The notes below the pieces were generated by a model, which saw nothing but the letters and a program-made list of their open reading frames with translations, was not told the DNA's origin and did not search any database. The position numbers and the translations under genes were made by a program. A DNA stretch of 64,000 nucleotides from the human T2T-CHM13v2.0 reference genome, Homo sapiens: assembly GCF_009914755.1 (NCBI RefSeq), contig NC_060947.1; one strand, written 5' to 3'. Position 1 is the first letter of the stretch, and each line of letters starts with the position of its first letter. Below, piece by piece: positions 14,871 to 28,820 of the stretch.

Positions 14871-17799
14871 GGCACTACCATCTTGAAGCAACAGATGGCC
14901 ACATGCCTAGTAATAAACTGGAAATTAATGACTCAAGTACTGAAGTGACCCTTAATTAAGGAGTAAAGAGGATGTCGGGAGTGGTCATCAGGCAAATTCC
15001 CCTTGTCTTAAATGTAAACTTATATCCTCTTGTTTTTCTCTTTGTGGAAAAGAAGACAAGATTTTAATCTTCCCCTGGGCAAAAACCCGCTTTATAGAGT
15101 CAGAATTTTAAAAAGGGGTTTGGAAAGTATGGTCAAGAAGGGAGAGAAAACTGAGCCAGATCACCTAAGTGATAGGTCTCTGAGAGGAAGGGAATGTAGA
15201 ATTTGAGGTTGCACTCTTACTGAGTTTTCTTCTTTAAGGACATGTTGAAATTTACTTGTGGATTACAGTAAACAAGTACAAGTTTGGCACCCAGCTCCCT
15301 GGGACTCTTTCATCCCATCATACTACAAATGCCAGTTAAGTTGTGCCTCTTCAGTTCCTGTTTTCCCTTTGACCTGTTCCTCCAGGAATGTGGACAGATC
15401 TTTGGTTTGAAGCTTCAGATTCTTCCCCTCAGCTTATATCCCTAGGGGCAAAACCCAAACTGCACCCAACCATCATACCCTTGCACCTAACAGAAAACTC
15501 ATGACCCTATCATTATAAGCACACCGCTTCAATCAGCTAACGTAGCATAGCTAAGCCAACCCATTGAACTACAGAACTGTTTTCCCTAAACCCCCAGGCA
15601 GGATTTCTCACTATATGTAATAACCAAACTTTGGGCTCCCATCCCAGTATTCAGCAAGATTTTGCTTTGGCTCAGAGTTTCTGAAAATGAAATCAATAAT
15701 CTCTAAAAAGTAGACTTTCTGCCAGGGCCATCTCTGGGCATGGTGTCCACTCAACTCATGGTTTTCAAATAATACTATGGTGCTCATTTGGGCTTCAGAA
15801 GTTCACAGTCCTGATTCTCTAAGGAAGGATCTGGTACGAAAAAACACTTGGGGGAAGTGTGTGGGTGGGTAACAACTATAAGCCAGCTGGTAGACATTCC
15901 TCTAGGTAGGTTGAATCCTTAGAGGCTAAGTCACTGCCTCCAATATTTTCTGGAAGTAGTTGTGGAGGAGATAAATAATACATGAAATGAGTGACAGAGG
16001 CAGAGTTGAAGCAAATACACAAGAGGAGCCAGAAACACTGAGATGTGGGTAACACCCGTCACAGACAGTGGGCGAAGCAGATTTAGATCCTGTCATACCA
16101 TTCTGTAGCTGGACAAGTTAATTAACCTCCTTGGGCCTCAGTTTCCTAATCTGTAACATAGGTATAATAATCAGATAGCTACCTTACAGAGCTACTGCAA
16201 GATTAAATGTGTTTGTTACTATATAGAAAGTGATTCAAACACAGCCAAGCACATATTTAGCGATGTATATTATGTATATTGTTGCTGAATTCTAGATGTT
16301 TCTAGAATGTTCAATCGACTTTGGCTACTATACCAAGTTAGCAAGTAGCCATTATTGACAAAACAATTCAAAGGCAGGTAAGAAGAGAGCCGCAGTGAGT
16401 AAAATTTCCCAATTCAGGTCATTGATTACTGCCTGCAAAATCTATTGTTGACATTGTTTTTATGTTCTTGTTCTTCTACACACCCACATTTGAGGGGCAG
16501 GGGAAAGTGGGGAGTGTTTCCACATGGAAATTAAAGATTGAGATTGCTTATTTCGGGAAAAGCAAAAATAAACAAGATGGAGGTCCAATTGGGGCCGTCC
16601 CCACCTACTTCCTAGGCAGCTTCATAGGAAGCTGGCACTGGCCCTTTGAGCAATGCGGGGTCATCTGAGTCTGGTTCTGTCACACACCTACTCTTTTCTA
16701 TTCCACCATGTAACAAAGAACCAAGTCACCGTTCTTTGGTTACTGATCACTTTGATGAATGTCACTCTTCATTTCCTAGTAACCGTTTCCTTCCTCATTA
16801 CTAAGCCCTACCAACCGAAGGCCTCCAAGCTCTTCCACTCTGACTCAGAACAAGAGGCCCGTATGGCAAGCCCATTGCCCTGAATCAGAGCTTTTCCAGT
16901 GTTTGTTGATAGGAAGGGAAGAACGCAGGTATGGCAACAGTGATCACAAGATCTACAGCTTTGGAAATCTCTCAAACCAATTTCTAGTCACTCGTCATCT
17001 AAAGATTGTTCCTGAGGGGTAAAGCACCTTGATATGAAGGCGGAAACGATGACACAGTGGCTGCGAAGGGTTCCTTCTCTACCCCACCTCATCCTCTACC
17101 CCACTCGGTTCCTCAGTCCACGTTTTGGTTCATCCCTCTGGATGGAGTGAAAAGGATTTGACACCAAATTCGCAATAAGGCATGAGTAGTGTGGGTGCAA
17201 CCGCTTTAGGTCATACTTAAAATTTGAAGAGAATCTCAGATAGGGTGAGAAATCTCTAAAATGGACACCCAAGCCCTGTGACCTCTCATCTCCAAGCCTC
17301 AGGGTGAAATGAGCTAGTTTAAGTGAAACCTTTCTTAATTATTCCAGTGAAACCATCTTCCCCATCCTGGTCATCTAACCAATTATCCCATTTCATTTTC
17401 TTCATAATCTTTATTACTACCTGAAAGCATCTTGTTAATTTATCTATTTGATTATTGTTTGTCTACTCTCTCAATAATGTTTATGAGGACAGGGACTTTG
17501 TCCGTTTGTTCACTCCTGTATCTTTCAGTGCCTAGAACAGTGTCTGGAACACAATAGGTGCTTGATGAATATTTGTGGTGTGAATGAAATAATAATGAAC
17601 TGAAATGATTTTTAAGCAAGGTCTCCTGAAAATAAATCATTCACCCTTCCCCATAGCCTTTGACAATTCAGAACCCAAACAATTTTTTATGGGGCAAACA
17701 GACTACCCTTTGTTCTCCCTTAACATTAACTAGCAGATGTGGCAGTGATAGGAAGTGTGGGTCAGTTAGTCACCATCATGCAATGAACTTTATGTATGT

Positions 17800-18236
17800 A
17801 TTTTAAAAAATTTTAATTTGTGTGGTTACATAGTAGGTATATATATTTATGAGATACTTTAGGTATTTTGATACAGGCTTGCAATGTGTAATAAGCACAT
17901 CATGGAGAATGGGGTATCCATCCCCTCAAACATTAATCTTTTGTGTTACAAACAATCCAATTACACTCTTCTAGTTATTTTTAAATGTATGATTAAGTTA
18001 TTATTGATTATAACCACCCCGTTGTGCTATCAAACCATAGGTCTTACTCATTCTTTAACTATTTTTTGTATCCACTAACCATCCCCACCTCCCCCTCTAC
18101 CCACCACCCTTCCCAGCCTCTGGTGACCATCCTTCTACTCTCTACCTCCGTGAGTTCAATTGCTTTGATTTTTAGATTTCACAGGTAAGTGAGAACATGC
18201 GATGTTTGTCTTTCTGTGCCTGGCTTATTTCACTTC
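17800..18236 (-). mobile_element. L1MA-type 3' end fragment
   Basis: CACATCATGGAGAATGGGGTATCCATCCCCTCAA ... GTGAGAACATGCGATGTTTGTCTTTCTGTGCCTGGCTTATTTCACTT. Confidence 0.85.
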
Positions 18237-19435
18237 AGTGGACTTTTGGTGAAAGGTAAGCTGGAGTACAGGCTGCCTAGAGGCCAAGACACTCTCCTGG
18301 ATATGTATGCACTGGCTCAAGGCCGGAAGGGAACACTTTTCACTTCTAACATAATTGAAATGCTGAAGAGGAGTTTGAAAGGTGAAGATAACAGGTCTCC
18401 GCATGACAACCCCACAGCTCTGAAAGTTCAAAGGTTTCCACTTTGTTAGATGTACACCTTTTAATGATCCCCCGCACTCTATGGCCTTTGCCCACGATAA
18501 CCCTCACAACAGCAATAAGGTGTGTAGGTGGCAAGTATTATTAGGCTCACATACAGGCGGAGAAAGTGAGGCACAACCAAGGCGGGGTGAGGGTGAGGCA
18601 AGCCAGGTGAATCAACCACTTTGCTTATTGTTTACTTCATTCGAGTTGCCACTCATTGAGTGCCTACTTTGTACAAGGCATAATGCTTGAGCAATGTCAA
18701 CCACTAGCCCATGTTATTTCTCCCATTCAGACAGGCCTAGGTTTGCTTGGCTCAGGACGGGGAAAGGCTTCTGCAATAGCTTAGAAGCTGCACTTGAGCA
18801 TGCAGCCGCAAAAGAACAGAGCTGGGAAGACCAAAGCCCCTGAGGTGATACCCAATGCTTAAGAAGAGTGGGTTTCCTATGTAGAATGAGAGGAATCTTC
18901 TGCTTGGTTTGTGATCACAGGGTTCACTAGGGGCCAGGCACTGTGCTTTCCCTGCATTATGACATTTGGGTCTTCACAACCGTTGAGGCGAGACATAATT
19001 ATCTTCCTTTGACAGATGAGGAAACTAAAGCTCATTGACTTACCTAAAGTCACGAAGCTGGTAAGTGGTAGAGTCACTTGAACATGAATCACCTAAGGTC
19101 TATCTAATCGTAGAGCCAATCCAGCTGAAGACATGTCAACCGGTATGCTGCAGCATTCAGGTAGAACACTGGGGCTCTGTTGTCCTATAGTGACCAAAAA
19201 GCTCATTCAGCTAGAGTTCAGTGCAGTCACCATTGGCATCTACAATAACATCACAAGCACTTAATAAATGTGGAGTGAATGCATGAATAATGTTCATAAT
19301 GAAACATATAATCTTCAAGAAAACATGACCACATGTTTAGAGTCTTCTGTTGGGAGATAACATTTCAGGAAGTTTCTTTCCAACAACAGCTATACTTTGG
19401 AAGTTTCCACTTGTAAAAGACTGGCCGTCAACTAG

Positions 19436-19786
19436 CATCATGCATTGCTTGATGACAGGGTTACATTCTGAGAAGTATATTGATAGGCAATTTCCTCATT
19501 GTATGAACATCATAAAGTGCGCTTACGCAAACCTAGATGGTATCACCTACTACACACCTAGGCTATATGGTATGGCCTATTGCTCTTAGGCTACAAACCT
19601 GTACAGCATGTTATTGTACTGAATGCTGTAGGCAATTGTAACACAGTGCTCAGTGTCTGTGTATCTAAACATATCTAAACATAGAAAAGGTACAGTAAAC
19701 AAATACGATATTGTAATCTTATGGAACCACCTTTGTATATGCAGTTCCATGTTGACCAAAATGTCATTATGCAGCCCTTGATTGTA
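19436..19786. mobile_element. Tigger3a-like DNA transposon
   Basis: AAACCTAGATGGTATCACCTACTACACACCTAGGCTATATGGTATGGCCTATTGCTC..GGCTACAAACCTGTACAGCATG matches the Tigger3 core as I recall it. Confidence 0.8.
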
Positions 19787-21145
19787 CTTGAAAAATGAGC
19801 TTCTCTAGAAGAGTGTTTCCCCTGATGGTTCTGGATAGTGGACTTGCTTGCCTCCACTGATCTTCCTTCACATGCAGTGAGTAGGCAGTATGCAGTTGCA
19901 GTGATGGTGAGCATAGACTCTGAAGTCAGACTGCTAAGGTTCTAATCTTGGCTCTGCCAACTTGCTAGCACAATAACCTTAGGCAAGTTACTTCATCTTT
20001 GTGTACCTCCATTTCCTCATCTGTTGTGGGGATTAAGTGAGTTATTATTTGTAAAATACTTAGCACCTGGCACATAGTAAATGCTACGTAAGTTATTATG
20101 CTGCTTCAAGTAATAAATGAACCTGTGAATAAAAATTGGCCCATGGATAGGCCACTAAATAGACAAAACAGAAGCATTAAGTTGAAGTTTAAACCTTCAA
20201 GTTATAACTTCCGTGCACCAAGCATTTCTCTTTCCTCTTTTCACTGTTGTTGAGATCTGGAGTAGTTAGACTGTGGCCCACCAGAAGCCACACTCTGTGA
20301 CCATCAAACCCCAGAATTGCCCACCTCTGTCTTCTAGAAACTCTGGGTAGGTGACTCAGCACTCACTTGCTAGTTCTCCTGTAGTACCCTAAGCCTGAGG
20401 CTAGCCTGAACCACAACAGTGGGTGATCTTGGCAGTGTCTGTTGGGTGGCCCCTCTCTCTCCTATTAAAAATAGCTTCCTAATCTTTGTTAGTGAACTAT
20501 AGGACTGATTCAAGACAATTTTGTCATCACCAAGTTGGCTTTTTCCATCCCGCTCCTGATTACATGTCCTCCCTCCTCTTGCCAGGCTACCCGTGAGCTA
20601 TATCCTCTATTTTTCAAAGTTAGCCGTAGCAAACCACACCTTTGGAGCATCTGAATACGAGGTCTATAACATCTCTATTTACGTTCTCAGTAGTAAAATG
20701 CCTCTATATCTTTTAAAAAAAATCTCTAAGCTAATGTTTTCTATTTTTCTCTTAAAGTTAGGAGATTTGGAGAACTCTATATTAGAAAGCTCCAAAGAAT
20801 AAAAAAGGGCATGATTATCTTTTTTTCTTGATTCAGAAGAGCACATTCTGTCAACAAAATATTACTTCATGCACGTGGAGCGTTCTCACGAAACATTCAT
20901 CTGTCCTTATGAAATGTTGAATTTTGCAAATAAAAGGTATATGGTGCATAATTTTAATATTGAATTGATGGAATTTCCTCCCTGACATCTGAGTTCTCTT
21001 GCTTAACAAACACTTCTCTCTTCACTAAGCAGCCCTATACTCAGGTTTGTTTCTACTCTTCTGCTCTTCTCTCCACTCCTCACCCGTCTCACCTCCACTA
21101 CCAGTTGCTCATCCCTATTTATTGTTGGACTAAACAAAGATGACA

Positions 21146-21870
21146 TGGTATGCATTGAATTGTGTCCCTTGAAATTAATGGATCAGAATCTCTGGTGTTG
21201 GAGTCTTGGGATTTGCATTTTAATGAGTTCCACTGCTCTAAGATCTCCTTCACCTTCACATTTCATGAGTCTATAACATATTATCCACTTTGCCCCATCC
21301 CCATAATCTATTTAGAAACAGGATCATGTCTGGGTCTTGTGCTGCTCTTGCCTTCTGGTTTGATCCTTAGTACTACTGGTGATTGAAATCCTAACCCTGG
21401 TACTTCAAAATATGACCTCATTTGGAAATATGGTTATTGCAAATGTAATTAGTTAAGATGAGGCCCCACTGGCGTAGGGTGAGCTCTTAATCCAATATAA
21501 CTGCTGTCCTTATAAAAAGGGGAAATTGGGAGACAGACACGAACACACATACAGACACACGCACACACACACACACACACACGCACACAGAGACAGAGAG
21601 AGAGAGAGGGAGAGAGAGAATGCTATGTGAAGATGAAGGCAGAGATCGTTATGAATGCATCTACATACCAAGGAACACCAAAGATTGTCAGCAAACCATC
21701 AGGAGAGAGATAAAACAGACCCTCCCTCTGCATCTCCAAAAGGAACCAATCCTGCTGACACTGTGATTTTGTACTGCCAGTCTCCATAGTTGTGAAACAA
21801 TAAATTTCTGTTGTTTAAGCCACACCCAGTTTATGGTACTTTGTTACAGCAGCCCTAGCAAACTAATACG
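21146..21870 (+). mobile_element. MaLR LTR (MLT1B/C-like) carrying a ~205 bp foreign insert and a (CA)n(GA)n microsatellite
   Basis: Starts TGGTATGCATTGAATTGTGTCCC, resumes TTGAAATCCTAACCC...ATTTGGAAAT after 21383, and ends AATAAATTTCTGTTGTTTAAGCCAC...GCAGCCCTAGCAAACTAATAC. Confidence 0.85.
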
Positions 21871-24800
21871 CTATATATATGTGGTCAATTAATATTTTTG
21901 TTTTTGGCTAGGTAAGGTGACCAGATGTTCAAGTTTTTAATACTGTGTATATGTCAAGGGGTCGGGTCTCCTGGGGAAAGTTCTCAACAGAATAGATATA
22001 TTCGAGGGCCCAGGGATCCAGATGTGTAACTGGATGTGAAATAGCTGGCTGGCTTAGCCAACAGAAATGACACTTTGTCCTTACAGCCTGGCACTCTGGC
22101 CCCAAGGAAGTCTGTGTTGCAGTTCAGTCAGTTTACAGGGAACAATGAAGCTGAGGGGGCCAGATCCTTCTTGTGGGTGCCCCTCCCCTGCTAGCACAGC
22201 CCATTCAGTCTAAAGCTTCTAGTGAGCAGTAATACTGGCTGTAGCTGGAAACAACAGGCCAACTGGAATCCTTGGCCATTGGTACACACTCACATGGAAA
22301 GCCCGGAAGGAAAAAGGACTCTCACTAGGACCATCACAGAGAGGAAAAGGCCCTGGGCTGAGTAACCTGGCATCTTAATTTTGTTCTCAAGGCCCTTGAG
22401 CAAATGACCAATGTCTCAGGGCCTCTGTTTGCTACTTTGTAAAATAAATGGGCTCTATAACCATCCTGCTAAGGTAGGCTTTCTCAAAGTAGCCCAGCAT
22501 GGACCACTGGCAGCACAATCACCTGATGTATTTGTTCCCAGCCCGGATCCACTGGATCAGAATCTCTGGTGTTAGAGTCTTAGAATCTGCATTTTTAATA
22601 AGTTTCATTGCTCTAAGATCTCCTTCACCTTCACATTTCATGAGTCTATGATGTATTACCCACTCTGCCCCATCCCTATCATCTATTTAGAAACAGGATC
22701 ATGCCTGGACCCCATGCTGCTCTTAGCTTCTAGTTTGATCCTTAATACAGCTGATGATGTCCTCAAGTGCTTTCTAGCTGTGAAAGCCATATTTCCACTT
22801 CCAGCAAAGAATGATCCAGAGCAAGGAGAAAAGCAAAAATAAAGCTTTAGTGAGAAATAATTTTGAAAGTACTAGCTTAACATAAACTTTTGATATTGCC
22901 TGGCTTTTAATTTTCCAGAACCTGTTTGTCCCTCATGAACACAAACGATCAGTAGGTACCCTCACTATTTCCTTGAACTCATTCCTTTGACCAAAAAAAA
23001 AAAAAAAAAAAAAAAAACGGAGAGAAGGGTAGGTTCACTAATCATTTGAGTTCTACCAAACATCACATAATTGTTTTGCATATCAGTATTTTGTCCTTTC
23101 CTGCTAAAGGTCTTTCCTTGGGTTTGCAAATAGAAGTTTGAGAAGAGTCCTGGTACTGACTGAGCTTTCTTGGTAATGTCACGAAATTTCCAACCACAAA
23201 GTCAATCTTCATTTGAGTCAGAGCAATTAGAGGAAGACTAATGGCTGTGGACAAACTACTGAAATATTTTACTGAGGAAGCTAAGTAGGCAATTCAAATG
23301 GGAGAGACTTTTTGTAAGGGTGGAGTACCATCTGCCACCTTCTAGCAGGGAAATGAACAGAAGCTGTTCTTAAAGATGAGGAAAAAATTTGAGTATTCAA
23401 GATTCCCTCTGACGAACTGTAGGGAATGGCATTGAAGGATGTTTTACTGGGCCTTATTGTGACACCTGTTTTTCACAGTATTTCTATAATTCAAAGTTTA
23501 AACTTTGATTTTCAAATCATCTGGCATTGCCCACATTCCAGTACCTGGGATGCTTGAGTTTGGTTCCTCAGGAAAAGCTGCTTATTTCAATTGATCTAGG
23601 AAACTATTGACCAAAGTCAATAACTCTTGGGCTCAGTTTAAAAAACATACTGTAGAGTCAGTTAGAAAAGCACAGAAAGGTCTTTTTTTTTTAGCAGAAT
23701 GTTGGCTAAAGGGCTAGTACCCTGTTTAGAAGTCAGAATAGCTCTTAGTATACCCAAAGACACCAAATGTTCAAATGACTTTTTTCGCTTGAGAACACAA
23801 TGGTGCTGGTGGCTTTGTTATTTCCTGAGGTTTGGCAGCCAGTGATGAAGATTTCCTTGTATCAAGAACATGCTTCTTTCATGTAATCTAGGATACTAAA
23901 AAGGGTCCATCCTAATAAAAGAGGCCCATGATGCAAATGGTTTGGGTTGGCAATTCCTGTGCAAATCAACAACCACAAATTATAGATTTCAAAGAGTCCT
24001 AAGCATTAACTGGCCTCTAAGTAAAACTTAGGGTTAGAGGTTTTCAGCAATGTGACAAAATGCAGTCATTCTTATCAGGATTATAGAGTCTCAGTGACAC
24101 TTCCATCAGCTGAGCCAGTTAGTGTCAGAAAGATTCTGCTTCTCATGTTGGGATTTAACTTGATGTCCTCCAAGTTGCTAGAATCTTCTTAATTGGTTAC
24201 CACGGGGGTGGGGTGTAAACCCACCGGGGCACACTCTCCAGCAAACCAAACAACCAGATTAAAAGGATGTGGGAGAGGCTTACACACACACAACCCCCAC
24301 ATCAAGGCCACTGAAACACCTCTTTAGCTGGGAGTAGGTCATGTAGGTGATAGGTGCCAATATAGGATCTAAGTTTGAGGGTGGGAGACTTGGGTCACTA
24401 AAAATGACTCATCCAGTGGTACTCATACATACTCCATTTCTCGTGAACTTGATGCGGCTCATGCAGCTCCAACTTAAGGGTCTTTGAAGAAATGACTATC
24501 CCTGCCAGAAAAAGTAAAAGCTCTTTGAGGACAGAAGTCATATCTTGAACCTCTTAACCTTGTATCTATTGCAGAGAAATAGGAGAAAAAACACAATTTC
24601 ACAGTGATGTGATGTCATTAAAGGGAAATATTTTATCATCTTGCCTTCTAAAACAGTGGCTATTAAAATATGAGGCAACATAGAAAAACGCTTATTAGGA
24701 AAGGCTAAGTGAAAAAAAGCAGGATGCAAAAATTACATGTATTCTATTATTATAACCATGAAAAAAATATATAAAAATAAGACTAAGAAGGAAATATGAC

Positions 24801-27800
24801 AACAATAGTTATGTTAGAAAGGTAGGTTTTTGAGTAATTGGTAATTGTATTCCTTTTCTCCTTTTTTGGTAATATTGTTAAATTACTTTTATGCTTTTTC
24901 AGAATTTTATTTAAAAGAGGGGTTTCTGTGCAGGTATTATACAATCAAGTCCCCAGGCTGAAACCATGAGTTGATTTTTCCCCTCACCTACCCCAGTCTT
25001 CCAGAAACAGAGAATCTCAATGGGTTGAGCAATAATCCATCCTCTAAGGGTTGCCCAGGAGAGGCACTCAGCTGGGCTCTTGGCTCTCAGTAATAAGGCC
25101 AGAGAAACTGAGTCACCCCAGCCCAAGAGCCATCAGCCTCATTCCCTTCTGTTCCTCTAAGTTGAAGCCTTGGTGCAACCCATTTTTATGAGTGCCTGCC
25201 AGGGTGGTTTTAGAAAGCTGAGCCTCAGGAGGAGGATAAGGAACAGTTGGGAGCACCCAATTTCAGCTCAGTGTGGATGGTCCTCAAGTAGGGAAGACAG
25301 AGGAAATGTGCATTGGGTACAAGATGGCGCCTCCTCTTCCTGGGAAGGAAGATGACCTTTGTGGCTAAGATTTTCCACTTAGAGCTTTTCCTGGTCTCAC
25401 AGATCATCAAACGAATCACCAGATTTACCAAAATATTTTTGTGGGGGCCGCTTACTACATTGACCAAAAATATCTCAAAAATACGTTTAAGCCCATTTAG
25501 CCATTGTTTATTAAAAAAATGCGGAGTGAAGGTATAGGGCACCAAAGATTCATACCTTGCCCTTGTTCTGCAGCTCATAAACTAATTGAGGAGACAAAAA
25601 ACAGTTAAGTACCATTGCCTGGTGCTACATAATTAAGTGCCAGGTAAATGGAAGAGAATTCCTAGGCTATCAAACAACAACCTCTGCGAATTACTCCACC
25701 ACCCTCCAGGCTTTGGAGCTCTTGCCACTTGATTAGGTTTCAGTACTTGATGGTTATGGAAAGTGCCTGAGAGCCAGTGTTCAAATCAACTTGTTTACAA
25801 AATCAGTTCCTAACAGGGACAAATTTGGAAACCAATGGAAAAGTGCACAGGGATAAAGCAGGTATAAAGTTATATACTCCATGTGATTCCAGTGATGCCA
25901 AATATATGTGTATTTATTTCTTTATTGAGAGAGAATGCATGCGAGCCAGCAAGTCTAGAAGGAAATACTCCAAAATGTTATCAGTGGTTATCTTTAGGTT
26001 GTGGGTGCTTTTGTTTCCTTCTTTATATTTTTCTGCATTTTAAAGTTTCCCACAATGAACACTTATCACTTTTCTCATCAGAAAACCAGAGCTCCATCGA
26101 GCATTGGTGCGTGAAGCATTCTAAAATGTAGAGCTTCTCCGTGAAAATAATAAGATGGGTTTAAGGGCAATTTTAAAGAAATCCCTGGCTAACTGAAAAT
26201 GAATTCTTAACAGAAATTAGGCCTGTTTGAGGTAAACTATTTTTCTACTGAGATTCAGGGGGCAGCCACATCCTCCCACAAGTCTGCTGTCTTATCTCAG
26301 TGTCTTGACGGTTCACCCAGAGCCTGAGCAAGCAGGAGCTGAGGACCTACTGTGTGCCCAGCATGCAGCTGGCTGTGATGGAGCTGCATAGGTCACTGCT
26401 CTCTGTCGTGAGCCCAATGCCCATTAGTTACAGGAAGAATTTGGACTTTATCTGACTACATCCCCTCCAGCATCTCCTACCATAGTGAGAGCCATCATAG
26501 CATAGAGGTTAAAAACACAGACCTAGGATTTACACAAATGGATTTTCATCTTTTTTATGTTGCTTACTAGCTTGGCCAAGTAATTTGACCCTTCCCAGCC
26601 TTGGTCCTACCCCACAAGTTGCTGCTGGGAGCCTCCAGTGTGGCATATCGGATTCTTAGCATGGACTGGGCATATAAGAAGTACCCACACCATTTTAGTC
26701 CCATCCTGTTTCTTTCCCAACCCAAGGCACATTCTGAAGTACTGCAATATCTTGTTAGGTGTCAAACAGGAAAGAATTGCAAAAACATGAGGTACTGGGT
26801 GAAGAAAGAGAATGACATTGTGGGATACCATACCCCAGCCATCCACAAGAAGCACAGACTTTCTCTAGATAAGGAAGGGCCAAGTTGTGTGGTAGACGGT
26901 TAGTTGCCATAGGAGTTTAGATAAAAGAGGACATCATATGAAACTTCCTGGAAGAAGTACATTTGGGGTGGCTCTAAAGGAGGAGAAAGCATTGGAGGTG
27001 AGGCGAACCAAAGTGAAGGCATTATGAAGGCAGAAAGAATGCTAAGCTGTTGGACTAAATTAATACCTTGCTCACAGCAATAGTTTGTGGATAAGATATG
27101 CAAGCAGCAAACTCCCTTCTAATTGTTCAGCCCCATCATTTTATATCTAAGAAAACTGAGTCGCAGAAAAAGAAGGCCTGTCACCTAGCTAGTCAGGAGC
27201 ACAGCCAGTACTGGAATCTTGGCCTTCTGGCCCCCCAGAGCCCAGTGATGTGGTACTAGGATGAGAGAGCCTTGAGGGCAGGGATCCTGCCTCAATCAAA
27301 ACTGAGTGAGGGGCAGAAGGTGGGGGAATGGGCCATGACTGCTAAAGGGGACTGGGTGTCCTTTAAGGGGTGGTTAAAAAATGTTCTGGAATTAGATAGT
27401 GTTGATGGTTGTGCAACTCTGTAAATATACTAAAAACCATTGAACTATACATTTTATAATGAGTGAATCATATGGTATGAGAATTATATCTCAAAAATGG
27501 TGTTACAAAAAAATACTGAGTGGACCCATCCTGGGTCCTGGCACAGAACAGGGGCTCAGTCGCTAGGAAGGGAATGGGGCCAGTGAATGAGAGAACAATA
27601 GGGTGATCTGCAGTTCAGACCATATAGCAATTGTGGCACTTCATACACCCCAAGTGAAAAGGAAAAGGAAAAGAAAAAAATACTCTGGGTGCCTTTGAGG
27701 TAAGATATTGAATTCTTTCTCTGAAGTTCTTAGGTTTGGCCTTAGATACCATTTCTCCCCTTCCTTTCCTCACTCAGGATGCCCTTGATCTCTTCATAAA

Positions 27801-28232
27801 CAGTTGAGATCAGAGGGTTCCCCTGTGTTCAGAGCACCAGGTGTTATGCTCCAGGTGCTGTCAAGGAGCTAGAGCTGGGCATATGGAGACCCTGTGGTAT
27901 GAGAACTGCCCAAGCCAGCAGAGGTCCCAGACAGCTCCCCCATTGCCTCTAGGGAACGTGATGAGCACCAAAGAAGGGTTCAGTCTTGCTGCTCACCTGG
28001 GCATCAGCTTTATAGCTTTCCACAGCTTTTTGTGAAGTTGTAGGGGCTCCTTCGCTTCTTGAACATAGCGGTAGGCTTTTGGTAAATCAAAACAGATATA
28101 TACACAGCTGTTTTTCTCTGGTTCTCTTTCATTTTTCATTCATTCATTGGTTTGTTCATTCTACAAAACAGATATGGCCCAGGCCCCTGTAGAGTTTATG
28201 ATCTAGTCGGGGAGAGAGAGATTACTCAAATA

Positions 28233-28574
28233 CAGTAGACACTTGAACGACAGGTTTGAACTACACTGGTCCACTTATACATGAAGACAATGATCAATAC
28301 AAAAACCTTTATGATAATCCAATTCCACTTAATGAATAGTAAAATTATTTTCTCTTCTTTATGATTTTCTTAATAACATTTTTTCTTTAGTTTAAGTATA
28401 CAGTATATAATACATATAACATACAAAATATGTATTAACTGTGTATGTTACTGGTAAGGCTTCCAGTCCACAGTAGGCTATTAGTTACATTTTGGGGAGT
28501 CAAAAGTTATACAAGGATTTTCGACTGCATGGGAGGCCAACTCCCCTAACCCCCAGTTGTTCAAGGGTCAACTG
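28233..28574. mobile_element. Tigger2a-like DNA transposon
   Basis: TA|CAGTAGACACTTGAAC ... GTTCAAGGGTCAACTG|TA: terminal inverted repeats with TA target duplication. Confidence 0.85.
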
Positions 28575-28581
28575 TAATTCC

Positions 28582-28820
28582 CGTGGTAGGTAATTCTAAG
28601 ATGGCCCCTAAGATTCCTACCCCTTGTGTACATGCCTTATATAATTCCCTTCCCTCTCTGTGGGGAGAATCTGTGAGCATGATGGGGTATTCCTCCTGTT
28701 ATTAGGTTACATTTTAAGGCAAAGATAAGGGGATTTTGCAGATGTAATTAAGGTCCCAAATTAGTTGACTCTTAGTTAATTCAAAAGGGAGGATATACAA
28801 GATGGGTCAACTTAATCACC
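28582..28820 (+). mobile_element. MaLR LTR 5' fragment (MLT1E/F-like)
   Basis: AATTCTAAGATGGCCCC ... GGGATTTTGCAGATGTAATTAAGGTCCCAAATTAGTTGAC. Confidence 0.7.
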
